Below are positions 12,408-26,670 of a stretch of DNA of 64,000 bases, in pieces (the stretch's first letter is position 1; each line of letters starts with the position of its first letter). Source of the stretch: Eledone cirrhosa (Eukaryota); NCBI GenBank assembly GCA_964016885.1, contig OZ024751.1, positions 46,996,001-47,060,000 of the forward strand, written 5' to 3'. The translations under genes were made by a program, and so were the position numbers. The notes below the pieces were generated by a model. It made no database searches and had not been told where the DNA came from. It saw nothing but the letters and a program-made list of their open reading frames with translations.

Positions 12408-12620
12408 GAGGGTAATGCCAAAAGCAAGGTCTCCAAAGCGATGGGGCGCAGAGAAACTGTTCGTACGGCTGTTGGCAACACTGTTGTGATTGGTGCTTCC
12501 TTCACTCCCAAACAAGCATGCGCGCGCTTCGCTGGGATGCTCAATCTTGGCTTGGCAGCCGTTGGGAATGCAGCTCCCGCTGAACGCTACCCCCAAGTGC
12601 GAATTTTGCGCAGTTATTAT
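12407..12620 (+). mobile_element. One-ended mariner-type element
   Basis: TA-CGAGGGTAATGCCAAAAGCAAGGTCTCC resembles the TIR of the adjacent MITE. Confidence 0.6.
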
Positions 12621-12623
12621 ATA

Positions 12624-12814
12624 CGAGGGCAATCCCAAAAGTAAGGTCTCCTTCCGAAGAAAACATGCGTACAGATGGGGGGATCACTCTGGATGCTCTC
12701 TGCATTTTGGTTCCTGAGGTTTCCCGAAGCCCCATCCACAGGATTTTAACGGAAAAGCTGCAATTTCGGAAGTTGCAATTTCGGAAGGAGACCTTACTTT
12801 TGGGATTGCCCTCG
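12624..12814. mobile_element. Tc1/mariner-type MITE
   Basis: Perfect ~35-bp TIRs CGAGGGCAATCCCAAAAGTAAGGTCTCCTTCCGAA, flanked by TA. Confidence 0.9.
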
Positions 12815-12885
12815 TATATATATATATATATATATATATATTTCGTTTCCAAAGTATAACAATATATATATATATATATATATAT

Positions 12886-13257
<372 letters not shown>

Positions 13258-13464
13258 AAAGTTCTATTTAAATTGTTGGGATAAAACTTTCTTGCCACTA
13301 AATACAGGCACATACGTTTTTAAATTTTCAAACAATTATGAATTTCAATATTCTAAATTCTCTCTCTTTCTTTCATTTTATTTTTCTGTGTTAAGACAAG
13401 CATCACGTTTGAAATTATACTAGATATATGTATAATTAAAAAGAAAAAAAATATATATATATAT

Positions 13465-13755
13465 GTAAAAGTTAAATTGTTTAAATTGTTGGGATACAAC
13501 AAGCAAATATTTTTATAACTGATATAAAGCACTCGACAAGTATTTGGAGTAGATATATGATATTAACAAATGGAAACTATATTTATAAAACCATATTTAT
13601 TTCATTATACATATTTCAAGGATACCAAGTTAAATTATGGTATGCCTTCATCAGACAAAATACAATATATATAAAACTGGTATATATTGTATTTTGTCTG
13701 ATGAAGGCATACCATAATTTAACTTGGTATCCTTGAAATATGTATAATGAAATAA

Positions 13756-13760
<5 letters not shown>
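13465..13760. mobile_element. Fold-back element with two inverted type I HHRs (plus-strand copy 13691-13753)
   Basis: ATTTTGT-CTGATGA-AGGCATACCA TAATTTAACT TGGTATCCTT-GAAATA TG TATA-ATGAAAT; mirror copy at about 13601-13663; same family at 44661-44935 and 63828-64000. Confidence 0.8.
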
Positions 13761-13790
<30 letters not shown>

Positions 13791-13964
13791 TATAATATAT
13801 ATATATTGTACATACACACACATATATATATAGAGAGAGAGAGAGAGAGAATATGGTGGATGTGTAATTGGTAGTAAGTTGGTTTAAAAATGGAAGTAAA
13901 AATGAGAGTAAGAAGAAAGCAAGAACGGGGGGGGGTCCTCATCAGCTGTCTCCTGGAGGTCTCG

Positions 13965-14356
<392 letters not shown>

Positions 14357-15766
14357 ATTGACTGATTTAATTGGTATCTTCATTTTGAACTCTTTGAATC
14401 GGAAAATTCCTCAACTTCGCGGTGGAATTTATCGTGACGATGGACTCTTTACTATCCTAAATTGCAATATAGTTAACCTTAATATTATTAAGAACAATAT
14501 ACGTAATCTCTTTAACCAACATAACCTAAAAATTGAATTTGATAATAGTATCAAACTAGCTAATTTCTTGGATGTATCTCTTAATCTTGACACTGGCCTA
14601 TATTACCCTTACCATAAAAACAATGAGAACCTAAATTATGTTAACTTTAAATCTAACCATCCTACCAATATCAAAAATGCTATAGTTAGTAATATTGAAA
14701 AAAGAATATCTAACATATCCTCTAATAAAAACATCTTTGATGCTAACGCCAATTACTATAATAACGCACTTTCTAAAGCCGGCTATCCAGATAAAATCAA
14801 ATATAGTAAAGAAACAAATTCTAGAAAAACTTACAGTAGAATAATTAATCATGATCATTCCAATAATTTTAATAAAAGACCTAGATACAAAAACATAATC
14901 TGGTATAATGCTCCTTTCTCCATCTCTATTAATAACAATATTCCTAAATTATTTTTTAGTGCCTTAAATAAATGCTTCCCTCCCTCACATATCTATAGTA
15001 AAATATTTAACAAACACACCATCAAATTTTCTTATTCTACATCCTCCAATATTTCCAACATCATCTCTAAACACAACAATAAAATACTAAATACTAAATC
15101 TCTTCCTTCCAACATTGAATTTCATAATAACAGTAATAGTACTCCCGACGTCATTGTAAACCCTAGGCTAACTTATGTAAACACAAATACAACGTCAAAC
15201 ACAACTTCGCTAAATGTTCATAATCCAACTCTAAATCAAGAAACTATTATTCCTATTATTCCTATCGCAAACAACTTCTCCAATCCAATTCCTTCTATAG
15301 ATAACACTAGGTCACTCATTAATAATCTCTCTAATTGCAACTGCCGCATTAAAAATAAATGTCCTCTCAACAACCATTGTCTCGATAAAAACTTAATTTA
15401 TGAATGTAAAATTATAACTAGCACCAATTCCTTCACCTATTTTGGCTCCACTTCCACCTCTTTTAAAGCTCGTCTCTATAATCATCATTCATCATTCAAA
15501 TACAAACTTAAAAGAACCAACACTGCTCTCTCTCAGAACTCATATGGTCCTTAAAAGACAAAAACATTAAATATACCATCTTTTGGAAGAAGGTTTCTTC
15601 TGCATCCTCATACTTGAACAGCTCTCTATCTAAAATCTGTAATCTCTGCCTAAATGAAAAATTTACCATTATCTCTAACCTAGATTCTATAATAAATAGA
15701 CGCACAGATTTGTTTTCTATCTGCCTGCACAAATTCCATAGAACTTTTCACAAAGTATACAGTTAA
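14357..15766 (+). pseudogene. 5'-truncated Penelope-like RT plus GIY-YIG endonuclease (probably Naiad-type), one frameshift
   Basis: GIYRDDGL, FLDVSLNL, YYPYHK..., SNHP, IIWYNAPFS, CNCRIKNKCPLNNHCL, IY.C.I......YFGST..FKARLYNH. A slip in a CT run at about 15530 shifts the frame to ELIWSLK...CNLCLNEK...NRRTDLFSICLH, with TAA at 15764-15766. Confidence 0.85.
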
Positions 15767-16858
15767 TATTCAATTCTTTATCAATTTAGAATCTTTTCTC
15801 AAAGGCACATATACATACACCTCTTTAAAATATACCCATCTTCCCACCTTACTTTAAAGGGCATTATACACTCTATAATACTTGTTTACTCATTACCCTC
15901 ATTCTATCTTCACCTTGTAAAATCCTTCATAACATATACATTTATTTTTTTGACGTTAGAATATTCATCCGCAATCATTATTATTTTTTCTCTCTATCAT
16001 AAATCTTTTTAATCTCAATTTCATCCTTAATTTATTATTTTTTTTTTTTTCTCCCCATCAACGAACTCATTCTTAATACATATTAACTCTTTATCAATTC
16101 CTTCAATATACAAACTTTAACTTCACATTATTTTTCTCAAATCCTTCTACACACAAACCTTAATAATTTTTCTCTTCGTTAATTTTGAAATTGCCACAAT
16201 ACTTATCAACACACACTTTTTTTGACGTTAGAATATTCATCCACAATTATTATTTTTTTCTCTCTATCTTCATACATAAATTCCCTTCGTTAATTTTCAA
16301 ATTCCTTTAATTTATGTAAAACAATATATCTTTTTCTCAGCTATAAAAACTATCTCTTTCTCTCTATCACCCATCTCTCCCTCTCCACCTTCACTCTCAT
16401 CTCCTCCCCCTCTTTCATCCTTTCCACCCCACCCCCTCCATAAATAAAATATTCTTTCCTCGCACATATCGTCCCTTCGTTAATTTCAAATTTTTAATTT
16501 ATACATTATCTTCCAACGGTTTTCAACCTCTCTATGTAAAACAATATATCTCCTCTCAGTTATAAAAACTATCTCTTTCTTTCTCTCTATCACCCATCTC
16601 TCCCTCTCATCTCCTCCCCTTTTTCATCCTTTCCACCCCCCCTCTCTAAATAAAATATTTTTCCCAATATCACACATCAATCTAAAACCACTTTTCATAT
16701 GTTGATTTAAAACTGCACTATCCACAAGTGTTTTTTAGCCTTCATATCATGTTCTTCTGTTTTATCTGATGAAAACACAAATATTATTGCTTGATGATGT
16801 TTGTTTTTGAAATGCGCATAATAAAATACATGGAACTCCTTTAACCATCTTTTGATCT

Positions 16859-16866
<8 letters not shown>
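15767..16866 (+). mobile_element. Penelope-like 3' UTR/pLTR with internal duplications
   Basis: 15945-15996 resembles 16217-16268, and 16310-16455 resembles 16530-16660; ends in (AT)n. Confidence 0.75.
16759..16827 (+). ncRNA. Type I hammerhead ribozyme in the pLTR
   Basis: GTTTTAT-CTGATGA-16-bp stem II (one mismatch)-GAA-ATGCGCAT-A-ATAAAAT; palindromic stem III as in dimer-activated minimal HHRs of Penelope-like elements. Confidence 0.85.
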
Positions 16867-16954
<88 letters not shown>

Positions 16955-17055
16955 CCGTACATTCCTAGCCAGGTAAAAGACCAGTTGTAGTGTGTAGGAG
17001 AATGTGGATGTATGTGTGGTGTTGAGATTATCGAGCCTCTGTATGTGTGTGTACG

Positions 17056-18600
17056 TCAACCGACTAGCCAGCTCAACAGCCAACCAACCAACCAACCAGC
17101 CAACCAACCAACCAACCAACCAACCAGCCAACCGACCAACCAACCAGCTAGCCGACTAGCCAACCAACCAACCAACCAGCCCGCCAACCAACCAACTAAC
17201 CAACTAACCAACCAACCAACCAACGAACCAACCAACCAACCGTCCAACCTTCTAACCAGCCAACCAACCAGCCAACCAACCAACCAGCCAACCAGCCAAC
17301 CAACCAACCAGTCAACCAACCAACCTTCTAACCAACCAACTAACCAGCCAATCAACCAATCAACCAGCCAACTAGGCAGCCTTCTATCCAACCAACCAAC
17401 CAACCATCCAACCAACCAACCTATCAACCTATCAACCACCCAACCAACCAACCGTCCAACCTTCTAACCAGCCAACCAACCAACCAACCAACCAACCAAC
17501 CGTCCAACCTTCTAACCAGCCAACCAGCCAACCAGCCAACCAACCAGCCAACCAACCAACCAACCGTCCAACCTTCTAACCAGCCAACCAACCAGTCAAC
17601 CAACCAACCAACCAACCAGCCAACCAACCAGCCAACCAACCAACCAACCAGCCAACCAACCAACCAACCAACCAACCGTCCAACCTATGAACCAGCCAAC
17701 CAACCAACCGTCCAACCTTCTAACCAGCCAACCAGTCAACAACCCAGCCAACCAACCAACCAACCAACCGTCCAACCTTCTAACCAACAAACCAACCAAC
17801 CAACCAGCCAACCAACCAACCAGTCAACCAACCAGCCAACCAACCAGCCAACCAACCTATCAACCTATCAACCACCCAACCAACCAACCGTCCAACCTTC
17901 TAACCAGCCAACCAACCAACCAACCAACCAACCAACCAACCAACCATCCAACCAACCAACCAGCCAACCAACCTATCAACCTATCAACCACCCAACCAGC
18001 CAACCGTCCAGCCATCCGTCCAACCAGCCAACCATCAGTCTAACCTTCTATTCACTCATCCAGCCAATCAACAAGCCAACTAATCACCCATCCATCCATC
18101 TATCTGACCAGCTAGTCACCCTTTCAGCCACCCATCCATCTGACCAGCCACCCATCCATCTAACCAGCCACCCGTCCAACCATCCATCCATCCTCCCACC
18201 ATCCAGCCAGCCAACCCAACAGCCTAAATAGCCACCCGTCCAGCCATCCATCCACCTGACCAGCCACCCGTCCAGCCATCCATCCACCTGACCAGCCACC
18301 CGTCCAGCCATCCATCCATCTGACTAGCCACCCGTCCAGCCATCCATCCACCTGACCAGCCACCCGTCCATCTGACCAGCCACCCGTCCACCTGACCAGC
18401 CACCCGTCCAGCCCTCCATCCATCTGACCAGCCACCCGTCCATCTGACCAGCCACCCGTCCAGCCATCCATCTATCTGACCAGCCACCCGTCCACCTGAC
18501 CAGCCACCCGTCCAGCCATCCATTCATCTGACCAGCCACCCGTTCGGCCATCCATCCACCCGTCCATTCGCACAGCCGGCCAGCCAGCCAACCCAACACT
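17056..18600 (+). repeat. Compound (CCAA/CCAG/CCAT)n tetranucleotide array
   Basis: Directly visible. Confidence 0.95.
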
Positions 18601-18852
18601 CTAAACAGGCAGCTAGCTAGGGTCCCATCCTGTCCCCCCTCCCCTTCTCTCTACTATAACAACACCTGTCAACATCCCACAACTAGAGAGGAAGGAGGAG
18701 GAAAATAAAGGAGGAGAAGGCGGAGATGATGAAGAAGAAAGGCGATAAAGCAGCCCGCCCCTCCCCCCTCCTTACTTTATCTACCTTTCTCCCCTAATTA
18801 CTCGGCTTTCCACATTTTCTTGGGGTTAGGAGTCTTTATTTTACGTATATAT

Positions 18853-18886
<34 letters not shown>

Positions 18887-18990
18887 GTCTATATATATAT
18901 ATATGTCTATCTCTCTCTATATATATATATACACACACACACACATATATTAATACACATATATATATATGTATATATACATATATATAC

Positions 18991-19021
<31 letters not shown>

Positions 19022-19026
19022 TATAC

Positions 19027-19087
<61 letters not shown>

Positions 19088-19809
19088 TATACATATATAT
19101 ATTCATATTTCCGTTCCTTTGTTGTTTATTGTGTGTATGTTTGGTATATATATGTGTGTGTGTGTGTGTTTGGTATATATATGTGTGTGTGTGTGTGTGT
19201 TTCTTTCTCTATCTTTTGGTATATATGTATATCTATGTACGTGTGTGTGTCTTTTTCTGTGTGTTTCGGTATATGTGTGTGTATGTGTGTGTGTGTTTGT
19301 TTATGTGTGTGTGTGCATGTTTGTGTATGGGTGTGTGTGTGATATTGCATGTGTGTTTGTGTGTGTTTCATCTTACATATTTTATCTTACATGTTTAGGG
19401 CCCCTATGTCATGTTGAACCTGGAAGTACGGGCTACTGTTTTAGGTGAGGGTGAGGATTGGGTGGTAGGTGTTGGGGTAGGGGCGGGTCGTGCTGCTGCT
19501 ACTACTGCTGCTGCTGCTGATGATGATGCTGATGATGATGATGATGATGATGTTGATGGTGATGATGTTGATGGTGATGATGACGGTTGTGGCTGTGGTA
19601 GTAATGATGGGTAGTAGTAGTAATGTTGGAGGGTGGCGGGTAGCCTTACAGTGGCGAACGATCAAAGATCGATGCTGGATAAATATAAGAGATATGAGAT
19701 CTATATCAGTTTACTAACATTTGTGACATAGAAATTATGGTGGGCTCTCCCGTCGAGAACGGAGTATTTGACGGCCAGTTGAGTTAATGTACAGTCAACT
19801 CGAAGTAGG

Positions 19810-20970
19810 ATGGCTGGGTGGTTGGTTGGGTGGTTGGTTGGTTGGCTGGGTGGTTGGTTGGGTGGTTGGCTGGGTGGTTGGGTGGTTGGTTGGTTGGTTG
19901 GCTGGGTGGTTGGCTGGCTGGGTGGTTGGCTGGGTGGTTGGTTGGTTGGTTGGCTGGGTGGTTGGTTGGGTGGTTGGTTGGTTGGGTGGTTGGCTGGGTG
20001 GAGGGTTGGTTGGTTGGTTGGCTGGGTGGTTGGTTGGGTGGTTGGCTGGGTGGTTGGCTGGGTGGTTGGCTGGGTGGTTGGTTGGTTGGGTGGTTGGTTG
20101 GTTGGCTGGGTGGTTGGTTGGGTGGTTGGCTGGGTGGTTGGCTGGGTGGTTGGCTGGGTGGTTGATAGGTTGGTTGGTTGGCTGGCTGGGTGGAGGGTTG
20201 GTTGGTTGGTTGGCTGGGTGGTTGGTTGGGTGGCTGGCTGGGTGGTTGGTTGGTTGGGTGGTTGGTTGGTTGGCTGGGTGGTTGGTTGGTTGGCTGGGTG
20301 GTTGGTTGGGTGGTTGGCTGGGTGGTTGGCTGGGTGGTTGGCTGGGTGGTTGGCTGGGTGGTTGGCTGGGTGGTTGGCTGGGTGGTTGGCTGGGTGGTTG
20401 GCTGGGTGGTTGGTTGGCTGGCTGGGTGGTTGGCTGGCTGGGTGGTTGGCTGGGTGGGTGGTTGGCTGGGTAGTTGGCTGGCTGGGTGGTTGGCTGGAGG
20501 GTTGGCTGGGTGGTTGGGTGGGTGGTTGGCTGGGTGGTTGGTTGGCTGGGTGGTTGGCTGGCTGGGTGGTTGGTTGGCTGGGTGGTTGGGTGGGTGGTTG
20601 GCTGGGTGGGTGGTTGGTTGGCTGGGTAGTTGGGTGGGTGGTTGGCTGGGTGGTTGGCTGGGTGGCTGGCTGGGTGGTTGGGTGGGTGGTTGGCTGGGTG
20701 GTTGGTTGGCTGGGTGGTTGGCTGGCTGGGTGGTTGGTTGGCTGGGTGGTTGGGTGGGTGGTTGGCTGGGTAGTTGGCTGGGTGGTTGGCTGGCTGGGTG
20801 GTTGGTTGGCTGGGTAGTTGGGTGGGTGGTTGGCTGGGTGGTTGGCTGGGTGGCTGGCTGGGTGGTTGGCTGGGTGGTTGGTTGGCTGGGTGGTTGGCTG
20901 GGTGGTTGGCTGGGTGGTTGGTTGGCTGGGTGGTTGGGTGGGTGGTTGGGTGGGCGGTTGGCTAGGTGGC
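19810..20970 (+). repeat. Compound (TTGG/CTGG/GTGG)n array, opposite polarity to 17056-18600
   Basis: Directly visible. Confidence 0.95.
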
Positions 20971-21114
20971 TTTTTATTTATTTATTTCCCCAGCGATCTC
21001 TTCAGTCCCTTAGATCATTGAAGATATAAATGGTACTTGAAGAACCTTTAGACATGGGACCGCAATGTCTTGCACCTTCTTAACATTTTTATTGCACTCT
21101 CTCACCCTCCCACC

Positions 21115-21117
<3 letters not shown>

Positions 21118-21161
<44 letters not shown>

Positions 21162-21170
21162 CTCCAACTA

Positions 21171-21201
<31 letters not shown>

Positions 21202-21319
21202 CTCCAACTATCTCTCTCTCTCTCACTGTCTCCAACCATCTCTCTCTCTCTCTCGTTGTCTCTACCTATCTCTCTCTCTCGCTGTCTCCAGCTATCTCTC
21301 ACTCTCTCACTGTCTCCAA

Positions 21320-21365
<46 letters not shown>

Positions 21366-21925
21366 GTCTCTACCTATCTCTCTCTCTCGCTGTCTCCAAC
21401 TATCTCTCTCTCTCACTGTTTCCAACCATCTCTCTCTCTCTCTCTCTCTCTCTCGTTGTCTCTACCTATCTCTCTCTCTCTCTCTCTCTCTCTCGTTGTC
21501 TCTACCTATCTCTCTCTCTCGCTGTCTGCAACTATCTCTCACTCTCTCACTGTCTCCAACCATCTCTCTCTCTCTCTTTCTCGTTGTCTCTACCTATCTC
21601 TCTCTCTCTCTCTCTCGCTGTCTCGCTGTCTCTACCTATCTCTCTCTCTCGCTCTCTCTCTCTCTCTTTCACTGTGTCCAACCATCTCTCTCTCTCTCTC
21701 TCTCTCTCTCGTTGTCTTTACCTATCTCTCTCTCTCTCATTGTCTCCAACCATATCTCTCTCTCTCTCTCTCGCTGTCTATAACTATCTCTTTCACTCTC
21801 TCTAACTCTTTCTCATCCTCTCTCTCTCTCACTCTCTCTGTTTCTCTTTCCCTCTCACTCAGTTACTCCCTCCTCTCTCACACCTCTCTCTTGCACCCTC
21901 TTTCTGTCCCTCGCCTCTTTCTTGC

Positions 21926-21967
<42 letters not shown>

Positions 21968-22010
21968 CCGACTCTCTCTTCGCCATCTCTCTCTCCATCT
22001 CTCTCTCCCA

Positions 22011-22076
<66 letters not shown>

Positions 22077-22100
22077 TCTCTCTCTCCATCTCCCCCCATC
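21118..22100 (+). repeat. (CT)n-based minisatellite with recurring GCTGTCTCCAACTA/GTTGTCTCTACCTA interruptions
   Basis: Directly visible. Confidence 0.9.
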
Positions 22101-22429
22101 TCTCCCCTCTCATACTCTGTATAAACTATAAAATAACTAACCCAGGAAATATTCAGTAAGTTTCTTAATTAATACAACAGCAGCCATTTTCCTCTGTTCA
22201 GTTTCTGTGTGGGAACAAGAATAAAATGGCGTCTAAGTGATCTAATTTAAATTCCATACTTTTATCTGTTTTTCTATTTTCCTTGTTCATATTTCTTTTA
22301 ATTGCTATTTCCACCCCTTTCTCTTTTTCTCAGGGTTAACATGCGGGTGCAACAACATACTTGCAGATCTTTACATTATACACACACACACACACATTCA
22401 TATACAAACACACAATACACACACACACG

Positions 22430-22472
<43 letters not shown>

Positions 22473-22615
22473 TTATATATATATATATTTATATATATAT
22501 ATTTATATATATATATAAAACACAATACACATACACACACAAACACACACGTGCACATATGTATATTTGTGTGTGTATATATATATATATACATACATAA
22601 AACACAAAAACATAA

Positions 22616-22668
<53 letters not shown>

Positions 22669-22794
22669 CATAAAACACAAAAACATAAACACACACACAC
22701 ATATATATATATATAGCCACTCACACTGTGAAGAATGCAAACAGGCACTCATGTAATAAATATTCATTTTTAAACCCTCAAGTACTAATTAATG

Positions 22795-23480
22795 TTATTA
22801 TTGTTGTTGTTACTGATGTTGTTGTTACTCTTGTTGTTGTTACTGTTGATGTTGTTGTTACTGATGTTGTGACTGATGTTGTGACTGATGTTGTTGTTAC
22901 TGTTGTTGTTACTGTTGTTGTTGTTATTACTGATGTTGTTGTTGTTACTGATGTTGTTGTGACTGATGTTGTTGTTACTGTTGATGCTGTTGTTACTGAT
23001 GTTGTGACTGATGTTGTGACTGATGTTGTTGTTACTGTTGTTGTTACTGTTGTTGTTGTTGTGACTGATGTTGTTGTTGTTACTGTTGTTGTTACTGTTG
23101 TTGTTGTTGTGACTGATGTTGTTGTTGTTACTGTTGTTGTTGTTGTTGTTACTGTTGTTGTTGTTGTTACTGTTGTTGTTACTGTTGTTGTTGTTACTGC
23201 TGTTGTTGTTACTGTTGTTGTTGTTACTGTTGTTGTTGTTACTGTTGTTGTTGTTACTGATGTGACTGATGATGTTGTTGTTGTTACTGTTGTTGTTGTT
23301 ACTGTTGTTGTTGTTACTGATGTGACTGATGTTGTTGTTGTTACTGTTGTTGTTGTTGTTGTTACTGTTGTTGTTACTGATGTTGTTGTTGTTACTGTTG
23401 TTGATGTTGTTACTGTTGTTGTTGTTGTTGTTACTGGTTGTTGTTGCTATGACTGATGTTGTTGTTATATTGTTGTTGTC
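22795..23480 (+). repeat. (GTT)n cryptic trinucleotide repeat
   Basis: Directly visible. Confidence 0.9.
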
Positions 23481-23562
23481 GCCTGTTAATGTTTTTCCGA
23501 TAACTTTGCAGCTACAAGAATATATTTCTTTATAAAAACAAGTCATTTTCTGAGATTTAAAG

Positions 23563-23630
<68 letters not shown>

Positions 23631-23691
23631 TCTCTCACTCTCTCCTTCTCTCCTCTCTCTCTCTCTTTCTCTTTCAGTCTCTCCCTCCACA

Positions 23692-23734
<43 letters not shown>

Positions 23735-23777
23735 CCTCCCTCCCTCTCTCTCTCTCTCTCTCTCAGTCTCTCCCTCC

Positions 23778-23808
<31 letters not shown>

Positions 23809-23898
23809 GTTTTCCGAAACTATATAATGGCCGTTATTGATTAGGAAATCGTTTATACACACATACAAACAGACAGACATAGAAACACACATATATAA

Positions 23899-23936
<38 letters not shown>

Positions 23937-23937
<1 letters not shown>

Positions 23938-24145
23938 ACGAAGGAAATGTGGTAAGGAACCATATGGACCATAACGCACCAGAGTACTCAATATTTAGGG
24001 TAGTAGACTGGGTAATGGGAGAAAGTGTGACCCCGACGGCAGAGCTCAAACCGTTTCGACGGCTATTTCTCGACTAAAACCTTTTAGTCCAGAAATAGCC
24101 GTCAAAACGGCTTGAGGTCTGCCGTCGGGGTCTTACTTTCTCTTA
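23937..24145. mobile_element. Fold-back element (family F) with 3' half of an HHR
   Basis: Asymmetric palindrome in (TA)n; family motif GAAAC GGCT TGAGCTC AGCC GTC GGGGTC. Relatives at 30401-30455, 35832-35885, 36155-36245, 38396-38452, 46044-46245, 54056-54203 and 63581-63785. Confidence 0.8.
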
Positions 24146-24187
24146 TTTATATATATATATATATATATACTTTCTCTTATTTATATA

Positions 24188-24227
<40 letters not shown>

Positions 24228-24230
<3 letters not shown>

Positions 24231-24342
24231 TTTCTGAGTAATAGGTTTTTATTTCTAATAATATAAAATTTAGTTGTACCATTGAGTGAGTAAGGAAACG
24301 ACAGAAGCTGTAAAGATTCTCTTCGACTAGTTTCGAAAACTT
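24228..24342 (-). mobile_element. Truncated pLTR-like fragment with HHR 3' half
   Basis: Minus strand reads TTC-GAAAC TA GTC-GAAGAG; bounded by (TA)n. Confidence 0.5.
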
Positions 24343-24398
24343 ATATATTTATATATATATAATTATATATGTTCAAATATATATATATATAAATATAT

Positions 24399-24459
<61 letters not shown>

Positions 24460-24500
24460 TATATAATTATATATATACATATAAATATATATATATATAT

Positions 24501-24533
<33 letters not shown>

Positions 24534-24546
24534 ATTATATATGTTC

Positions 24547-24577
<31 letters not shown>

Positions 24578-24686
24578 ATTATATATGTTCATATATATAT
24601 ATATATAAATATACATTTAAGTAAGTGCCGTACTAAGAGTGAGAAATGAAATTTCGTTTCGTTCTATTCCATGTATATATATATAT

Positions 24687-25090
24687 GATAATAAGGGCGC
24701 TGCGGAGTTGCAAATGGGTTACATATGAAAAAAGTTTGTCCTTCATCAGTGATCTTCCAACTATCATAGGTATTTCATCGCTTTAAAGACCATATACCTC
24801 CGGTTGGTGCGAGCAACGGCTAAAAAAAAGTCGTTGGGACACGTAAATAAAGGTGACGCGAGGGTAAACAAACAAAATGGTGAGGCAACAGAAAGTGAGG
24901 AAGGAGGAAACAAGTCCCAGATTTCTATGAATTTAAGTTCGGTGAAATCGTGAACGAGAGAATAAAGACCATCAAACCTGGTTGAAATGTGAGCAAGGAA
25001 GGAATTTCGCACAGGTCTAACGGGAGGAAGAAGGGGTCTGGTCTGCGAATTCGGTAAACATAAGTTCTGTGAAATCGTAGACGCGAGAGA
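24687..25090 (-). mobile_element. (TA)n-associated element, subfamily 2
   Basis: Longest single copy of the family; homologous to 12886, 44351 and 45151. Confidence 0.8.
24738..24840 (-). ncRNA. Non-circularly permuted hammerhead-like ribozyme, most intact subfamily 2 copy
   Basis: Minus strand: GTCC CAACGAC..GCCGTTG CTCGCA CCAACC GG AGGTAT A TGGTCTTT AAA GCGA T GAA ATACCT ATGAT AGTTGG AAGATCA CTGATGA A GGAC. Confidence 0.7.
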
Positions 25091-25092
25091 AA

Positions 25093-25176
<84 letters not shown>

Positions 25177-25274
25177 GAACATATATAATTATATAAATAT
25201 ACATATATATATATATAAATATATATATATATATTTATATGAACATATATAATTATATATAATTATATATATAT

Positions 25275-25645
25275 ATTAAGAGAGTAAAACAAAGAATCCT
25301 TTAATACATCAAAAGTTTTTATTAGCCGACAATGTTTCGTCCTATTAAGGACTCATCAGGGCAATTAAAACAACAAGAAGTAATATCGGCAGATACAAGC
25401 CGGAAGCTCCGAAGTTCGGAGCTTCCGGCTTGTATCTGCCGATATTACTTCTTGTTGTTTTAATTGCCCTGATGAGTCCTTAATAGGACGAAACATTGTC
25501 GGCTAATAAAGACTTTTGATGTATTGAAGGCTTCTTTGTTTTACTTTCTTAATTTTTTGGCTCTGTTTAACTGCATTTAACCTTTTACTGTCATTTCTAT
25601 AATACGAAGAGGGTGTTTAACTCCAACACGCTCCAGTATTTTAAT

Positions 25646-25650
<5 letters not shown>
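25275..25650. mobile_element. Fold-back element (family A) in (TA)n
   Basis: ~140-bp inverted arms centred at about 25414; second copy at 48793-49343. Confidence 0.9.
25459..25510 (+). ncRNA. Canonical type I hammerhead ribozyme (mirror copy 25318-25369, -)
   Basis: TTGCC-CTGATGA-GTCCT TAAT AGGAC-GAAAC ATT GTC-GGCTAA; predicted cleavage after GUC at 25500. Confidence 0.9.
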
Positions 25651-25691
<41 letters not shown>

Positions 25692-25775
25692 GAACATATA
25701 TAATTATATATAATTATATATATATATATTTATATATATATATATTTATATAATTATATATAATTATATATATAC

Positions 25776-25836
<61 letters not shown>

Positions 25837-25861
25837 TATATATATATATAATTATATATGT

Positions 25862-25923
<62 letters not shown>

Positions 25924-25924
25924 T

Positions 25925-25956
<32 letters not shown>

Positions 25957-26340
25957 TCTATATTTCGAGTTAAGGAGGATAGTGGTGAAGGCTAAGGGGT
26001 TATTGTCATAAATATCCTCCTTACCGCTCCCATAACTATTTTTCAATTTTCAAATGTTCACCGTACTTATATCCACGATTACAAAATAATAAATTGAAGT
26101 TTGTTTCAAATAAAAACCACATTATCATCATAAATCACAGCAAATATAGAAATAAATGAACAGACATTAGTGAAATATTATCTTAATGACATAGTTGCTT
26201 TCTTTTGAGTGAAAAAAGGGAGTGGAGTAAGGGTGATAACTTATTGAGTCGTAGGGGTACCACTTGAAAACTTCATCATTTTGTGAGTGTGTCTAGAAAT
26301 AAGCTATCCATAGTGAAGTTAGCCTATAAGGGTTCAAGCT

Positions 26341-26383
<43 letters not shown>

Positions 26384-26392
26384 ATATATATA

Positions 26393-26631
26393 TAATGAAA
26401 AATTGAACAGGGACAGAACAGAGAGGCAGTACAATAAATGTTTATTAAATTCACGCTCAGGAGAGTGGGGGGTATGTGGGGGACGACGTTTCGGGCATAA
26501 GCCCTTCTTCAGGTGAGAAGTGTGTGGGAACAGAGTTCAAAAGGTGTGTAGGGGAGTGGTGGAGAGACATATAGCGAAAGGAAACGGTGCGAATGAATGA
26601 AAAATTAACAAACAAAGACAAATAAAGACAA

Positions 26632-26635
<4 letters not shown>
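26393..26635 (-). mobile_element. Family E element with minimal HHR-like core (26482-26512)
   Basis: CTGAAGA-AGGGC TTAT GCCC-GAAACGTC; homologue at 29570-29740 has CTGATGA; stem I not evident. Confidence 0.6.

Positions 26636-26669
<34 letters not shown>

Positions 26670-26670
<1 letters not shown>

Noticed and set aside
24738-24840. Twister ribozyme, SECIS, box C/D snoRNA or type II HHR as explanation of the permuted motif
   Set aside because: Twister consensus nucleotides and the SECIS helix are absent. The type II reading has no stem II or stem III pairing. The covarying helices place GAAA, CUGAUGA and AUA in exact HHR register, which a snoRNA reading does not explain.
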